Source: Thiotrichales bacterium (GTDB lineage: Bacteria; Pseudomonadota; Gammaproteobacteria; SZUA-229). From it: DNA of 59,361 nucleotides. The notes below the pieces were generated by a model. It had not been told where the DNA came from. It did no database searches and saw only the letters and a program-made list of their open reading frames with translations. The first letter of the stretch is position 1. Every line of letters starts with the position of its first letter. Below, piece after piece: positions 38,587-47,760 of the stretch. The position numbers and the translations under genes are program-made. The stretch covers positions 1,884,143 through 1,943,503 of the forward strand of contig CP070838.1 in assembly GCA_020341835.1 (NCBI GenBank). Direction: 5' to 3'.

Positions 38587-39410
38587 GGGTTTTTTCTCAT
38601 TTTTGTTATTGTGACTGTTAAGGCATTCAGAAATGCTTCGTCTGTAGCATTTTCTGCTGTGAGTATCTTACTGAACCCGAGCTTTTTTGCCAGTGTATAT
38701 GCGCGTTTGCCCGGCACAATAAGGCAGTGACGGACCAGCTGGGTCTTTTCCGATGCCAGCTCAAACAGGTTCTGCAAACCCTCATTGCTGCTGACGGTGA
38801 TTACGTCGGCTTCGGTCAGGTACTGATCCAGCTTTTCGGTCGACGAAGGCAGCGCGCGCCGGTACATATCTGCGTAAACAACCTCGGCGCCTCTCGATTG
38901 AAGGGTTTCACCAAGCAATTCACGGCCCCCTTCGCCCTTGAAAATCAGTATGCTTTTGCCGGCAATGCATTCGGCCTGTAATTCCGGGTGTTCGAGCAAG
39001 GACTCGCTGTCATGGCCATCGGGTTTGATATCGATGTTCAAACCCCGGGATTCCAGCGCACTGGCGGTACGGCTTCCGATCGCAGTAATCCTGATATTTA
39101 CGGGCAGTTCTTCGAAAAACTCGAAGGTTTTCTCGACCGCGGTCGGGCTGATAAAAATTGCCAGTGAAAACTCGGCCAGGTGGTCCCGGGCGTATTCACG
39201 ACGCTGCGTGTCAGCCGGGGCGGTAATCTCGATAGCGGCGAACGGTAGCGCGATCCCGCCGGCCTGTTCGATCAGCCGGCACAGACCCGCGGCTCTTTGT
39301 ACCGGCCGGGTAACCAGAACTTTGAGATCCTGCAGCGGTCTGTGTATTTGTTGGCTGGGCATTTTGCCTGTTACGGGTGTGTTGCTTTGCGCTATTCTAT
39401 GGGAAAGCAC
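38583..39410 (-). CDS. hemD: Uroporphyrinogen-III synthase
   Basis: LKVLVTRPVQRAAGLCRLIEQAGGIALPFAAIEI ... a two-lobed HemD pattern. The start is ambiguous (39410 or the ATG at 39362). Confidence 0.8.
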   Translation of the reverse strand: MLSHRIAQSNTPVTGKMPSQQIHRPLQDLKVLVTRPVQRAAGLCRLIEQAGGIALPFAAIEITAPADTQRREYARDHLAEFSLAIFISPTAVEKTFEFFEELPVNIRITAIGSRTASALESRGLNIDIKPDGHDSESLLEHPELQAECIAGKSILIFKGEGGRELLGETLQSRGAEVVYADMYRRALPSSTEKLDQYLTEADVITVSSNEGLQNLFELASEKTQLVRHCLIVPGKRAYTLAKKLGFSKILTAENATDEAFLNALTVTITKMRKNP

Positions 39411-39434
39411 TGTCCAGCCATAGTCAGGTTTTCG

Positions 39435-39953
39435 ATGAGATTGTTATACGCCCTAGCCCTTGTGCTTCTACCATCAGTTTCTGCTGTCAGCGCGTATGCG
39501 GCTTCCGGCATCGTATACGAGTATGAAGAGGAAGAACCCGAATCCTCGCTGATTCCCCGCCTGAGCAGTCTTCAGCAGGTTGCCAGTATAGCCAGAGAGA
39601 AAGGCGTGCCGATCCTGGTCGAATTCACCACACCCTGGTGCCAGTACTGCGAGGCACTGGAAGAACACGTGCTGAAGCCATTAATTCTGAACGGCAAGTA
39701 CCGGGATCAGATTATCGTGAAAAAACTGGAAGTGAATGCCTATTCGAGCATTGCCGGCTTCGATGGCAAACGCTACAGCAGCGACCAGATCAGCAGAATG
39801 TACCGTGTCAGCCTCTACCCGACGCTGGTGTTTTTCAATGCCAATGGCGAGGAAATCAGTCAGCGTATCGTCGGAATTACCGTGCTTGAATACGTCGCTG
39901 GAGAGCTGGAAAAAGCCATCGATGTGGCGGTGCAGGATACCGCCGCCATTTGA
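39435..39953 (+). CDS. Secreted thioredoxin-fold protein (WCxxC)
   Basis: I prefer the internal ATG at 39435, which gives the signal peptide MRLLYALALVLLPSVSAVSAYA. Redox motif VEFTTPWCQYCEAL. The ORF-track start at 39297 would overlap hemD. Confidence 0.7.
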   Translation: MRLLYALALVLLPSVSAVSAYAASGIVYEYEEEEPESSLIPRLSSLQQVASIAREKGVPILVEFTTPWCQYCEALEEHVLKPLILNGKYRDQIIVKKLEVNAYSSIAGFDGKRYSSDQISRMYRVSLYPTLVFFNANGEEISQRIVGITVLEYVAGELEKAIDVAVQDTAAI

Positions 39954-40075
39954 GTAGTGGTGACACTGGTTTTATCTCGCAGAGGCGCAGGGCCCGCCAG
40001 GGTGTCTTAATCGATGGTCCTGAACTACATAGAGCCATCTCTGCGAGAGTAATATTTTGCGCCCGGTCCTGCTCG

Positions 40076-40810
40076 CTAGTTGCTCATGTTTTTCAGCCGC
40101 TTGCGGATCGTCGGCAGGTGCCGGCGGCTGATTTCGAGAATGTCATCGGTGTCATTGAGTACGATACACTGGTGGCCGTCGCCGTTTTTTGAAATCCCCG
40201 TGATACGGTGCTGCGAGACCAGCGCATTACGGTGTATGCGCACAAACCGGTGGGCGAATTCCTGTTCCAGTGCTTTCAACGATTCCTCGATCAGGTATTC
40301 GTGATCATCGGTTTTCAGCGTCACGTATTTCTGGTCGGCCTTGAAATAGATGACCTCATCGATGGGCACCAGCTCCAGCGAGCCGCGTGATTTCACGCAA
40401 ATCTTGTCGCGCGAATCGTTCTCGTCATCGGTTCGCAGACGCTGGATCTGCGCGCGGGTCAGGCGTTTTGCCGCATTGATCGCGCTGGCAAGGCTGTCCT
40501 GCCTGATCGGCTTCAACAGGTAGTCAACCGCATGGGCTTCGAAGGCCTTGAGAGCGTGATCACTGTAAGCCGTGGTGAAAATAATGGCTGGCGGATTGTC
40601 CATCTGGTTGATGTAACCCGCGGCGGTGAGGCCGTCCATACCCGGCATGCGTATGTCCATCAGCACAAGGTCCGGACTGGCGTTCATGGTTTGCTGCAGC
40701 GCCTGTTCGCCGGTCGCTGCTTCTCCTACTACTTGTTCGCCCATGCCGCTCAGCATGTGACGCAGACGCTGGCGAGCCAGCTGCTCATCATCAACGATTA
40801 AAACATTCAT
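40076..40810 (-). CDS. algR: LytTR-family response regulator (AlgR-like)
   Basis: Start MNVLIVDDEQLARQRL, receiver domain, C-terminal LytTR domain (VIYFKADQKYVTLKT...FVRIHRNALV). Pseudomonas-like argH / algZ-algR neighbourhood. Confidence 0.85.
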   Translation of the reverse strand: MNVLIVDDEQLARQRLRHMLSGMGEQVVGEAATGEQALQQTMNASPDLVLMDIRMPGMDGLTAAGYINQMDNPPAIIFTTAYSDHALKAFEAHAVDYLLKPIRQDSLASAINAAKRLTRAQIQRLRTDDENDSRDKICVKSRGSLELVPIDEVIYFKADQKYVTLKTDDHEYLIEESLKALEQEFAHRFVRIHRNALVSQHRITGISKNGDGHQCIVLNDTDDILEISRRHLPTIRKRLKNMSN

Positions 40811-40811
40811 A

Positions 40812-41867
40812 TTATGTGACCGGTATTTCCAGAGTGACGGTGTAGTCCTGTTTGGTCGCATTTATGAAGAACCGTGCATCTTTCCCGTATGCCAGGCGCA
40901 GACGCTGTTTGATGTTATCCTGTGCCATCTGGTTGCCGCCGGTGTGTGTTAAGCCGGCTGCATCAGATGACGGATTGCTTACCTCAAGCCTGAGGTGCTC
41001 ACCATCGCGTTGCGCGGATATCCTTATATGCCCGCCGTCAGGTAACGGTTCTATACCATGATAAATAGCATTTTCTGCGAGAGGTTGCAGGGATAATGCA
41101 GGAATTTCTTCATTAATTAATGAATTATCGACGTCCCAGTCGATCTGAAGGCGATCTCCAAGGCGTAGTTTCTCGATATCAAGGTAACTGCGGGTTAGAT
41201 CGAGTTCGTGCTTCAGGGTGTGGATGTTCTTTTCTTTGAGGCTGGCGCGGAACAGGTCTGCAAGATCTTCGACGGCTTTTTCAGCCTTGTCCGGCATGAA
41301 CGAGATCAGGCTGGCAATCGTGTTCATGCTGTTGAACAGAAAGTGCGGGCGAATGCGTGCTTTCAGTGCCTGGATTTCAGCGCGTGACTGGGCCTGCAGA
41401 TTGAGTTTCCATTGCTGCTGAATATAAAAATAACGCAGTACCACAGCATAGATCGCCGCCGCCATAATCAGGATACGCAGCAGAAAGTATTCACCCAGCG
41501 GCGAGGTTTGTACATCGAGCCGCATCCAGCTGTTGAGCCTGATCAGGGCGAGCGCGAATACCAGGGTAACCACCATCATGATCAGATAGCTGCTGAGCAT
41601 GGTCAGCGTGACCGAGAGGCGGTTCAGAAAGCGGCGGCTCATGCACAGAACAGCCGCATTCAGCAGAGCAATCCACTGCAGCATCATCGAGATGAAGGCC
41701 AGGTAGTCCCAGAAATTGGCCTTTGTTGACGGTATCGCCATCGCCAGTACGATCGCCAGCATCTGCACGATCAGCACCAGCATAAAGATCACGCGTACAT
41801 CACAAAAATCCGGCAGCAAGCCGGTATCGATCTTGTCGGCTTCACCTGAAAATCGTTCATTCCCCAT
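40812..41867 (-). CDS. algZ: LytS/YehU-type sensor histidine kinase (AlgZ/FimS-like)
   Basis: 351 aa with 4-5 TM helices, the His-kinase motif [18 protein letters not shown], and an ATPase domain ([15 protein letters not shown]). The stop lies 1 nt before the algR start. Confidence 0.8.
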   Translation of the reverse strand: MGNERFSGEADKIDTGLLPDFCDVRVIFMLVLIVQMLAIVLAMAIPSTKANFWDYLAFISMMLQWIALLNAAVLCMSRRFLNRLSVTLTMLSSYLIMMVVTLVFALALIRLNSWMRLDVQTSPLGEYFLLRILIMAAAIYAVVLRYFYIQQQWKLNLQAQSRAEIQALKARIRPHFLFNSMNTIASLISFMPDKAEKAVEDLADLFRASLKEKNIHTLKHELDLTRSYLDIEKLRLGDRLQIDWDVDNSLINEEIPALSLQPLAENAIYHGIEPLPDGGHIRISAQRDGEHLRLEVSNPSSDAAGLTHTGGNQMAQDNIKQRLRLAYGKDARFFINATKQDYTVTLEIPVT

Positions 41868-41930
41868 GCTTTACAAATAGTCGAGCATAACCGGAATGCA
41901 AGCGTTGTTCTGATATACTCGGCGGCCATC

Positions 41931-43334
41931 ATGAGTAAAAAAGACGACAAGCAAACCAATCCTTCGTGGGGTGGACGTTTCAGCGAACAGACCGATGCGT
42001 TTGTCGAAGCCTTCACCGCATCGGTCGATTTCGACCGGCGTCTGTACCTGCAGGACATTGCAGGATCAAAGGCGCATGCGCACATGCTGCAGAAAACCGG
42101 TGTGCTCGACGACTCCGATTGCGAAGCGATCGTTTCCGGCCTGGATACCATCATCGAGGAGATCGAGAGCGGCCGTTTCGAATGGCGGGTATCGGCTGAA
42201 GACGTGCATATGAATATCGAAGCGCGTCTGACGGAACTGATCGGTGATGCCGGCAAACGTCTGCACACCGGCCGTTCGCGCAACGACCAGGTGGCGACGG
42301 ATATACGGCTTTATTTGCGCGACCAGATCGATATCATCGTTTCACAGCTGGCCGAATTTCAGTCGGGCCTGCTCGATCTCGCCGAACGCGAAGCAGACAC
42401 GATCATGCCCGGTTTTACCCACCTGCAGGTTGCCCAGCCGGTCAGCTTCGGCCACCACATGCTGGCCTGGTTTGAAATGCTGCAGCGCGATGCCGGCCGT
42501 ATGCACGGTTGTCGCAAGCGCATGAACGTATCGCCGTTGGGTGCCGCCGCGCTGGCGGGAACCAGCTACCCGATCGACCGCCAGATGACGGCGGCCGAAC
42601 TGGGTTTCAGTGCGCCGGCAGCCAATTCACTGGATGCGGTCAGCGACCGCGATTTCGCGATCGAGTTCTGTGCCGCCTCGGCGATCCTGATGACGCATCT
42701 GTCACGCATGGCCGAGGAACTGGTGATGTGGTCTTCAGCGCAGTTCGATTTCATCGAGCTGCCGGACCGCTATTGCACCGGATCCTCTATCATGCCACAG
42801 AAGAAAAACCCGGATGTGCCCGAGCTGGTGCGCGGTAAAACCGGCCGTGTCAATGGCAATCTTGTCAGCCTGCTGACGCTGATGAAGTCGCAACCGCTGG
42901 CCTACAACAAGGACAACCAGGAAGACAAGGAGCCGCTGTTCGATACCATCGATACCGTGGTCGGCTCACTGCGCGCGTTTGCCGATATGGTGCCGGCACT
43001 GCAGTGCAAGCGGGATAACATGTACAAGGCGGCAAAACAGGGTTTCTCCACCGCGACGGATCTGGCCGACTACCTGGTGCGCAAGGGCCTGCCCTTCCGC
43101 GATGCGCATGAAGTCGTGGGCAAGGCTGTCGCGCATGGCGTCGCCAATAGCCGGGATCTCAGCGATATGACGCTGGATGAGCTCAAGGGCTTTTCCGACA
43201 GGATCGACGAGGACGTGTTTGAAGTGCTGTCACTGGAAGGCTCGGTCGCCGCACGCAACCACATCGGCGGCACCGCCCCCGAGCAGGTGCGCAAGGCTGT
43301 TGCAGGGGCGCGACAGCGGTTGAAGGGTGAGTAA
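41931..43334 (+). CDS. argH: Argininosuccinate lyase
   Basis: 467 aa with the fumarate-lyase signature [15 protein letters not shown] and the N-terminus [23 protein letters not shown]. Confidence 0.96.
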   Translation: MSKKDDKQTNPSWGGRFSEQTDAFVEAFTASVDFDRRLYLQDIAGSKAHAHMLQKTGVLDDSDCEAIVSGLDTIIEEIESGRFEWRVSAEDVHMNIEARLTELIGDAGKRLHTGRSRNDQVATDIRLYLRDQIDIIVSQLAEFQSGLLDLAEREADTIMPGFTHLQVAQPVSFGHHMLAWFEMLQRDAGRMHGCRKRMNVSPLGAAALAGTSYPIDRQMTAAELGFSAPAANSLDAVSDRDFAIEFCAASAILMTHLSRMAEELVMWSSAQFDFIELPDRYCTGSSIMPQKKNPDVPELVRGKTGRVNGNLVSLLTLMKSQPLAYNKDNQEDKEPLFDTIDTVVGSLRAFADMVPALQCKRDNMYKAAKQGFSTATDLADYLVRKGLPFRDAHEVVGKAVAHGVANSRDLSDMTLDELKGFSDRIDEDVFEVLSLEGSVAARNHIGGTAPEQVRKAVAGARQRLKGE

Positions 43335-43374
43335 TGTCACCGCAAAGGTGCGAAGTATATATTACTGTTTTTGA

Positions 43375-43570
43375 AAACCGCAGAGACGCGGAGACGCAGA
43401 GTTGTCTTCTTAAAACAGCAACGACAATCAACTGGTTCGAGAAGAAAGCCAGGCTATCCGTCGTTCCAGCATGTTGTTAGCTGGAACCCAGTGACTTTAA
43501 AGACACTGGATACCTGCATCCGCAGGTATGACATCATAGAAAACTCTGTGCCTCCGCGTCTCTGCGGTTT
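43375..43570. repeat. Inverted-repeat element (family 2, CGCAGAG-type)
   Basis: 29-nt arms AAACCGCAGAGACGCGGAGACGCAGAGTT (43375-43403) and AACTCTGTGCCTCCGCGTCTCTGCGGTTT (43542-43570), about 26/29 complementary, enclosing smaller hairpins. It lies between the convergent argH and Hpt genes. Confidence 0.65.
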
Positions 43571-43596
43571 AAATCAGTCGTTATTGGCCGGGGAAT

Positions 43597-43938
43597 TTAT
43601 TTATTCAACTCATCCCGCAGCAGCGTTTCGGCGCCGGCATACAGGCCCTTGAGCTGTTCCAGCAGTTCGGCAGTACCATCGGTTGAGCCCGCACGACCGA
43701 TCAATTCGATTTCCTCGGCGACGTGTGCCAGGCCCAGTGCGCCGATGCTGCTGCTCGAGCTTTTCAGCTTGTGAGCCAGGTTGAATACGCTTTCGGGATT
43801 GCCATTGCGGATCGCCATGGTCAGTTCATCGATCTGTCCCGGCACGTAGTCGATGAAAGTCTGTAAAACCTCATCGAGAGAATCGCCCATCAGGCTGCGC
43901 AGTTCAGTCAGCGCATCAATCTTGATCGCTTCTTCCAT
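43597..43938 (-). CDS. Stand-alone Hpt (histidine phosphotransfer) domain protein
   Basis: Start at the 43938 ATG (MEEAIKIDAL...). Hpt motif NLAHKLKSSSSSIGALGLAHVAEEIE, containing the phosphorylatable His. Confidence 0.75.
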   Translation of the reverse strand: MEEAIKIDALTELRSLMGDSLDEVLQTFIDYVPGQIDELTMAIRNGNPESVFNLAHKLKSSSSSIGALGLAHVAEEIELIGRAGSTDGTAELLEQLKGLYAGAETLLRDELNK

Positions 43939-43999
43939 ATCAGTACCTATTCGAGTTTTTTGTCGGGTGCTGTTTGGGATCAATTGGTGCAGCCGTGAA

Positions 44000-44353
44000 T
44001 TATTTGGCAAGGCGTGAACTCATATCGCCGACTAGCACTGCTTCGGGTACCCGCAGTTTGATCGCGGCTGCAATTTTCATGAACAGCCCGGGTTCAGACT
44101 TGAACGAGACCCACAGTGTATTCAGTTTCATGTCCATATTGGCAAATACGATATCCGTTTTGAATTGTTTCAGTGCACGGTCTATCTCATCCAGGGTGCT
44201 TTTGATATGCATTTCCGGCTTGTGCCGCAACTTGGGTATGATCATCAGAAAATCACTGACCGGATCACCGTTTTCATCACGTGTCGGTGCGATTTTCCAC
44301 AACGGCTCCGCAGGTGACATATCAATGCTGAATCTGATGTTTTTGTCCATCAT
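44000..44353 (-). CDS. Hypothetical protein (117 aa), no family recognised
   Basis: The ORF sits in tight co-directional spacing between the esterase and Hpt genes. It is soluble, with no signal peptide. Confidence 0.45.
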   Translation of the reverse strand: MMDKNIRFSIDMSPAEPLWKIAPTRDENGDPVSDFLMIIPKLRHKPEMHIKSTLDEIDRALKQFKTDIVFANMDMKLNTLWVSFKSEPGLFMKIAAAIKLRVPEAVLVGDMSSRLAK

Positions 44354-44412
44354 TTACCCCGTTAGACGGTGCTATTGGATAATCATAGCCCAAAATGGCG
44401 TTGAAAGTGGAA

Positions 44413-45096
44413 TTAGTCTCGCAGCAGTACGGTGTTCAGCCAGTCACTGATATCGCCGATCTCTTCCATGTTGACACTGTGCCCCATCGGGTATTCATGC
44501 CATTGCAGCGGGTAGCCGAGTTGCTGCAACAGCGCCCGTGTCTGTTGACCGAACTGCGGTGCGACGACGTCGTCGATGACCCCATGGGCCATGAACACCG
44601 GCGTGTTGCGGTTGGCGGCCGTGGCTTCCTGGGCCAGGCGTTGCTGCATCGGCAGATAGGTGGACAGTGCCATGATCCCGCCGAGGCGCTGCGGATATCG
44701 CAGACCCGCGTACAGCGCGATCGCGCCGCCCTGGGAAAAACCGGCGACGATGATGCGTTCGGCCGGTATGCCCTGAGCGACCTGCTCGTCGCACAACCGG
44801 CTCAGTTGTTCAGCCGAGTCGATGATACCGGTCTCGTCGTCGCGGTTGGCGATATCGAGACTGGTGATGTCGTACCAGCCGCGCATGCGGTAGCCCTGGT
44901 TGATCGTGATCGGGCGAACCGGTGCGTGCGGAAAAATAAAACGCACGTTCAACGCTTCGGGTAATTTCAGTTCAGCAACGATGGGTACGAAGTCGTTGCC
45001 GTCGGCGCCGAGGCCGTGCAGCCAGATGACCGCAGCATCGGCGGTACCCGAATCGTTGCTGCCGGTTTGCAGGATTATGGGTTTTTCGTCAGACAT
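44413..45096 (-). CDS. Carboxylesterase / phospholipase (alpha/beta hydrolase, EstB-like)
   Basis: 227 aa with VIWLHGLGADGNDF, the nucleophile elbow GFSQGGA, and the C-terminal HG...D...H triad region. Confidence 0.88.
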   Translation of the reverse strand: MSDEKPIILQTGSNDSGTADAAVIWLHGLGADGNDFVPIVAELKLPEALNVRFIFPHAPVRPITINQGYRMRGWYDITSLDIANRDDETGIIDSAEQLSRLCDEQVAQGIPAERIIVAGFSQGGAIALYAGLRYPQRLGGIMALSTYLPMQQRLAQEATAANRNTPVFMAHGVIDDVVAPQFGQQTRALLQQLGYPLQWHEYPMGHSVNMEEIGDISDWLNTVLLRD

Positions 45097-45163
45097 TTAA
45101 TCGCCATGCAGGTTTCAGTGCGTACAGATTATTGCAATAATCGGCGTTTTACCATTCGGTCCG

Positions 45164-45322
45164 ATGTTAATGCGATATTCGATTGTGATGCTGGCGTGTT
45201 TCCTGCTGTTTGCCTGTGGCAAAACCGGTGCTCTGTACCTGCCCGAAAAAAACCCGGAGCCGGCGCCACCACCTCAACCCGCGCAGCCGCAGGACACCGA
45301 GCGCAACGAAAAGGCCGAGTAA
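45164..45322 (+). CDS. lptM: Small lipoprotein LptM/YifL (LppL-like)
   Basis: Below the ORF-track cutoff. My translation is MLMRYSIVMLACFLLFACGKTGALYLPEKNPEPAPPPQPAQPQDTERNEKAE*. It has the lipobox LFAC-G, a GxLYLP motif and a Pro-rich tail as in E. coli YifL. Its TAA overlaps the lysA ATG (TAATG). An alternative start is at 45170. Confidence 0.7.
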   Translation: MLMRYSIVMLACFLLFACGKTGALYLPEKNPEPAPPPQPAQPQDTERNEKAE

Positions 45323-46590
45323 TGGATCATTTCAATTACCGCGATGGGCGCCTCTGGGCCGAAGATGTCGATATCGCAGCCCACATCAAAGACTGGGGTA
45401 CGCCCTGTTATGTCTACTCGCGCGCAACGCTCGAGCGCCACTGGCATGCCTTTGATGATGCACTGTCATCGCTGCCCCACCTGGTGTGCTATGCGGTCAA
45501 GGCCAATTCCAATCTGGCGGTACTGAACGTGCTGGCTAGGCTGGGTTCCGGCTTCGATATCGTCTCGGTGGGTGAACTCGAACGCGTGCTGGCGGCAGGC
45601 GGCGATGCGGCAAAAGTCGTGTTTTCCGGTGTCGGCAAACGCCGCGATGAGATCGAGCGCGCGCTCGAGGCCGGTATCCGCTGTTTCAATGTCGAGTCAT
45701 TCGCTGAACTCGAACTGATCAACGAGGTGGCCGGCGCGCAGGGTACGCGCGCACCGGTTTCACTGCGGGTCAATCCGGATGTCGATGCTAAAACGCACCC
45801 CTACATATCCACCGGACTGAAAGAAAACAAGTTCGGTATCTCGATCGATGATGCCATCGTCGCCTATCAGCAGGCCGCCGAGGCCGAGCACCTCGAGCTG
45901 CACGGTATCGATTGCCATATCGGGTCCCAGCTCACCGAAATCGCGCCCTTTGTCGATGCACTCGAGCGTGTGCTGGCGCTGATCGACCGCCTCGCTGACA
46001 AAGGCATCGTGCTCAGCCACCTGGATATGGGCGGCGGGCTCGGCATTCGCTACCGCGATGAAGAACCGCCGCAGCCGGCCGAACATGCCGCGGCGCTGGC
46101 AAAGCACCTGCAGGGGCGCGAACTGGAGATACTGATCGAGCCGGGGCGTGCAATCGCCGGCAACGCGGGTATCCTGCTGACCGAGGTGCTGTTCCTGAAA
46201 CATCACGAACACAAGAATTTCGCCGTCGTCGATGCCGCGATGAACGACCTGATGCGTCCGTCGCTGTACAGCGCCTGGCAGGAAATTATCCCGCTGCACC
46301 AGCGCGCCGATGCAGCGGCGCATGCCACCGACGACGTGAAAGCCTACGATGTGGTCGGCCCGGTGTGCGAAACCGGCGATTTTCTTGGCAAGGACCGGGA
46401 GCTGTCATTAACGCAGGGCGACGTCCTCGCGGTGCGCTCATCCGGCGCCTACGGCTTTTCGATGAGTTCGAACTACAACACGCGCCCGCGCGCAGCAGAA
46501 ATCATGGTCGACGGGGAATCGGTAACGGTAGTGCGCGAGCGCGAAACGCTGTCGCAGTTGATGCAGGGCGAGCATATACTGGCGGAATAA
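45322..46590 (+). CDS. lysA: Diaminopimelate decarboxylase
   Basis: Start MDHFNYRDGRLWAEDVDI. PLP-binding YAVKANSN and the class III PLP decarboxylase pattern. The ORF-track start at 45016 would overlap the esterase gene and is rejected. Confidence 0.95.
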   Translation: MDHFNYRDGRLWAEDVDIAAHIKDWGTPCYVYSRATLERHWHAFDDALSSLPHLVCYAVKANSNLAVLNVLARLGSGFDIVSVGELERVLAAGGDAAKVVFSGVGKRRDEIERALEAGIRCFNVESFAELELINEVAGAQGTRAPVSLRVNPDVDAKTHPYISTGLKENKFGISIDDAIVAYQQAAEAEHLELHGIDCHIGSQLTEIAPFVDALERVLALIDRLADKGIVLSHLDMGGGLGIRYRDEEPPQPAEHAAALAKHLQGRELEILIEPGRAIAGNAGILLTEVLFLKHHEHKNFAVVDAAMNDLMRPSLYSAWQEIIPLHQRADAAAHATDDVKAYDVVGPVCETGDFLGKDRELSLTQGDVLAVRSSGAYGFSMSSNYNTRPRAAEIMVDGESVTVVRERETLSQLMQGEHILAE

Positions 46591-46757
46591 ACCCGGATTC
46601 TGCATGCCATATTGCGCTGTCGTTTGTTCTAAACTTTCGCTAAGCTCTGCGAACTGAAGTGATTGTTTTTCAAAAGAACAGCAGGATTCGAAGAACACAA
46701 CCGAATGATCATGACAGCGCGCGCTGTCGCAATTATAAACTGGAGGAAACTACTCTG

Positions 46758-47414
46758 ATGATGAAAGCAAAACTGATGGTCACTGCCTTGCTCGGTGCCG
46801 GCCTGATGATGTTGGCGAATACGGGCATGGCGGATAAACCGGTCGGTATCACACGGGCAATGATGGATGTCGAGGTTGTGCACAAGGGCAAGAAGGTCAA
46901 AATCAAGCGCAACCAGAACAACAAGAACATCGTCAATCCTTCGTTTTCAAAAACATCGCGCCCGTGCCCGCCATTCTGTATCCAGCCCGGCACGCTGGCG
47001 CCGGGTGTCGAAACCATCGGTGAACTCGAGGTACTCGACTACCTGAAAAAGATGGCCGATGGCGACGACAGCATCCTGGTCATCGATTCACGTACGCCTG
47101 ACTGGGTCAAAAAAGGCACGATTCCCGGTTCGAAAAATCTCCCCTGGACCAAACTGAATCCGGCCAAGGGCGCTGACCCCGTGTCCATCATGGAAATCAT
47201 GGAAAACGAATTCGGTGTCACCGAAAGCGAAGGCCTGTTGAATTTCAGCGAAGCCAAGACACTGGTTCTGTTCTGCAACGGCATGTGGTGCGGCCAGTCA
47301 CCGAACAACATCAAGAACCTGATGAAATTCGGCTACCCGGCGCACAAACTGAAATGGTACCGCGGCGGCATGCAGGACTGGGAAATCCTCGGTCTCTCGA
47401 CCGTGTCCGACTGA
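46758..47414 (+). CDS. Secreted rhodanese-domain protein
   Basis: The ATG at 46758 is preceded by GGAGGA, and the signal peptide is MMKAKLMVTALLGAGLMMLANTGMA. Rhodanese core LVIDSRTPDWVKKGTIPGSKNLPW ... active-site loop FCNGMWCGQS. An additional CPPFC motif is present. Confidence 0.75.
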   Translation: MMKAKLMVTALLGAGLMMLANTGMADKPVGITRAMMDVEVVHKGKKVKIKRNQNNKNIVNPSFSKTSRPCPPFCIQPGTLAPGVETIGELEVLDYLKKMADGDDSILVIDSRTPDWVKKGTIPGSKNLPWTKLNPAKGADPVSIMEIMENEFGVTESEGLLNFSEAKTLVLFCNGMWCGQSPNNIKNLMKFGYPAHKLKWYRGGMQDWEILGLSTVSD

Positions 47415-47438
47415 TCGCATTAAAACCGACAATGCAAG

Positions 47439-47464
47439 AGGCCGCCATAGGGCGGCCTTTTTTG
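47439..47464 (+). terminator. Rho-independent terminator after the rhodanese gene
   Basis: AGGCCGCC-ATAG-GGCGGCCT followed by a T-run. Confidence 0.7.
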
Positions 47465-47467
47465 TTG

Positions 47468-47686
47468 GTCCACAGATGAACGCAGATAAAAACGGATGTA
47501 TGTATTTTTTGGCCGCAACAAACGCTAACTACGCAAAAGGTGCTTTTGATTTATGCATTATTCGCGTTCTTTGCGTTTTTTGCGGCCCCTTATTTCTTGT
47601 AAGTAAATGGCGTCGGACACCCGTCGGCGCGAAGCATAGCGCAGGCAACAAAAAACATCTGCGTTTATCTGCGTTCATCTGTGGAC
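47468..47686 (+). mobile_element. MITE-like element, copy C
   Basis: Terminal inverted repeats GTCCACAGATGAACGCAGATAAAAACGGAT and ATCTGCGTTTATCTGCGTTCATCTGTGGAC. The interior is homologous to copies B and D. It begins 4 nt after the terminator T-run. Confidence 0.75.
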
Positions 47687-47760
47687 TAAAATCCACCGCA
47701 CGTGTAGCAAGACAAGCAATTACCTTTGCGTTCTTGCCCCCTTTGCGGTGAAATCCTCCC

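Noticed and set aside
45016-45321. Long N-terminal extension of lysA from the ORF-track start at 45016
   Set aside because: It would overlap the convergent esterase gene and the lptM-like ORF. LysA homology begins at MDHFNYRDG (45322).
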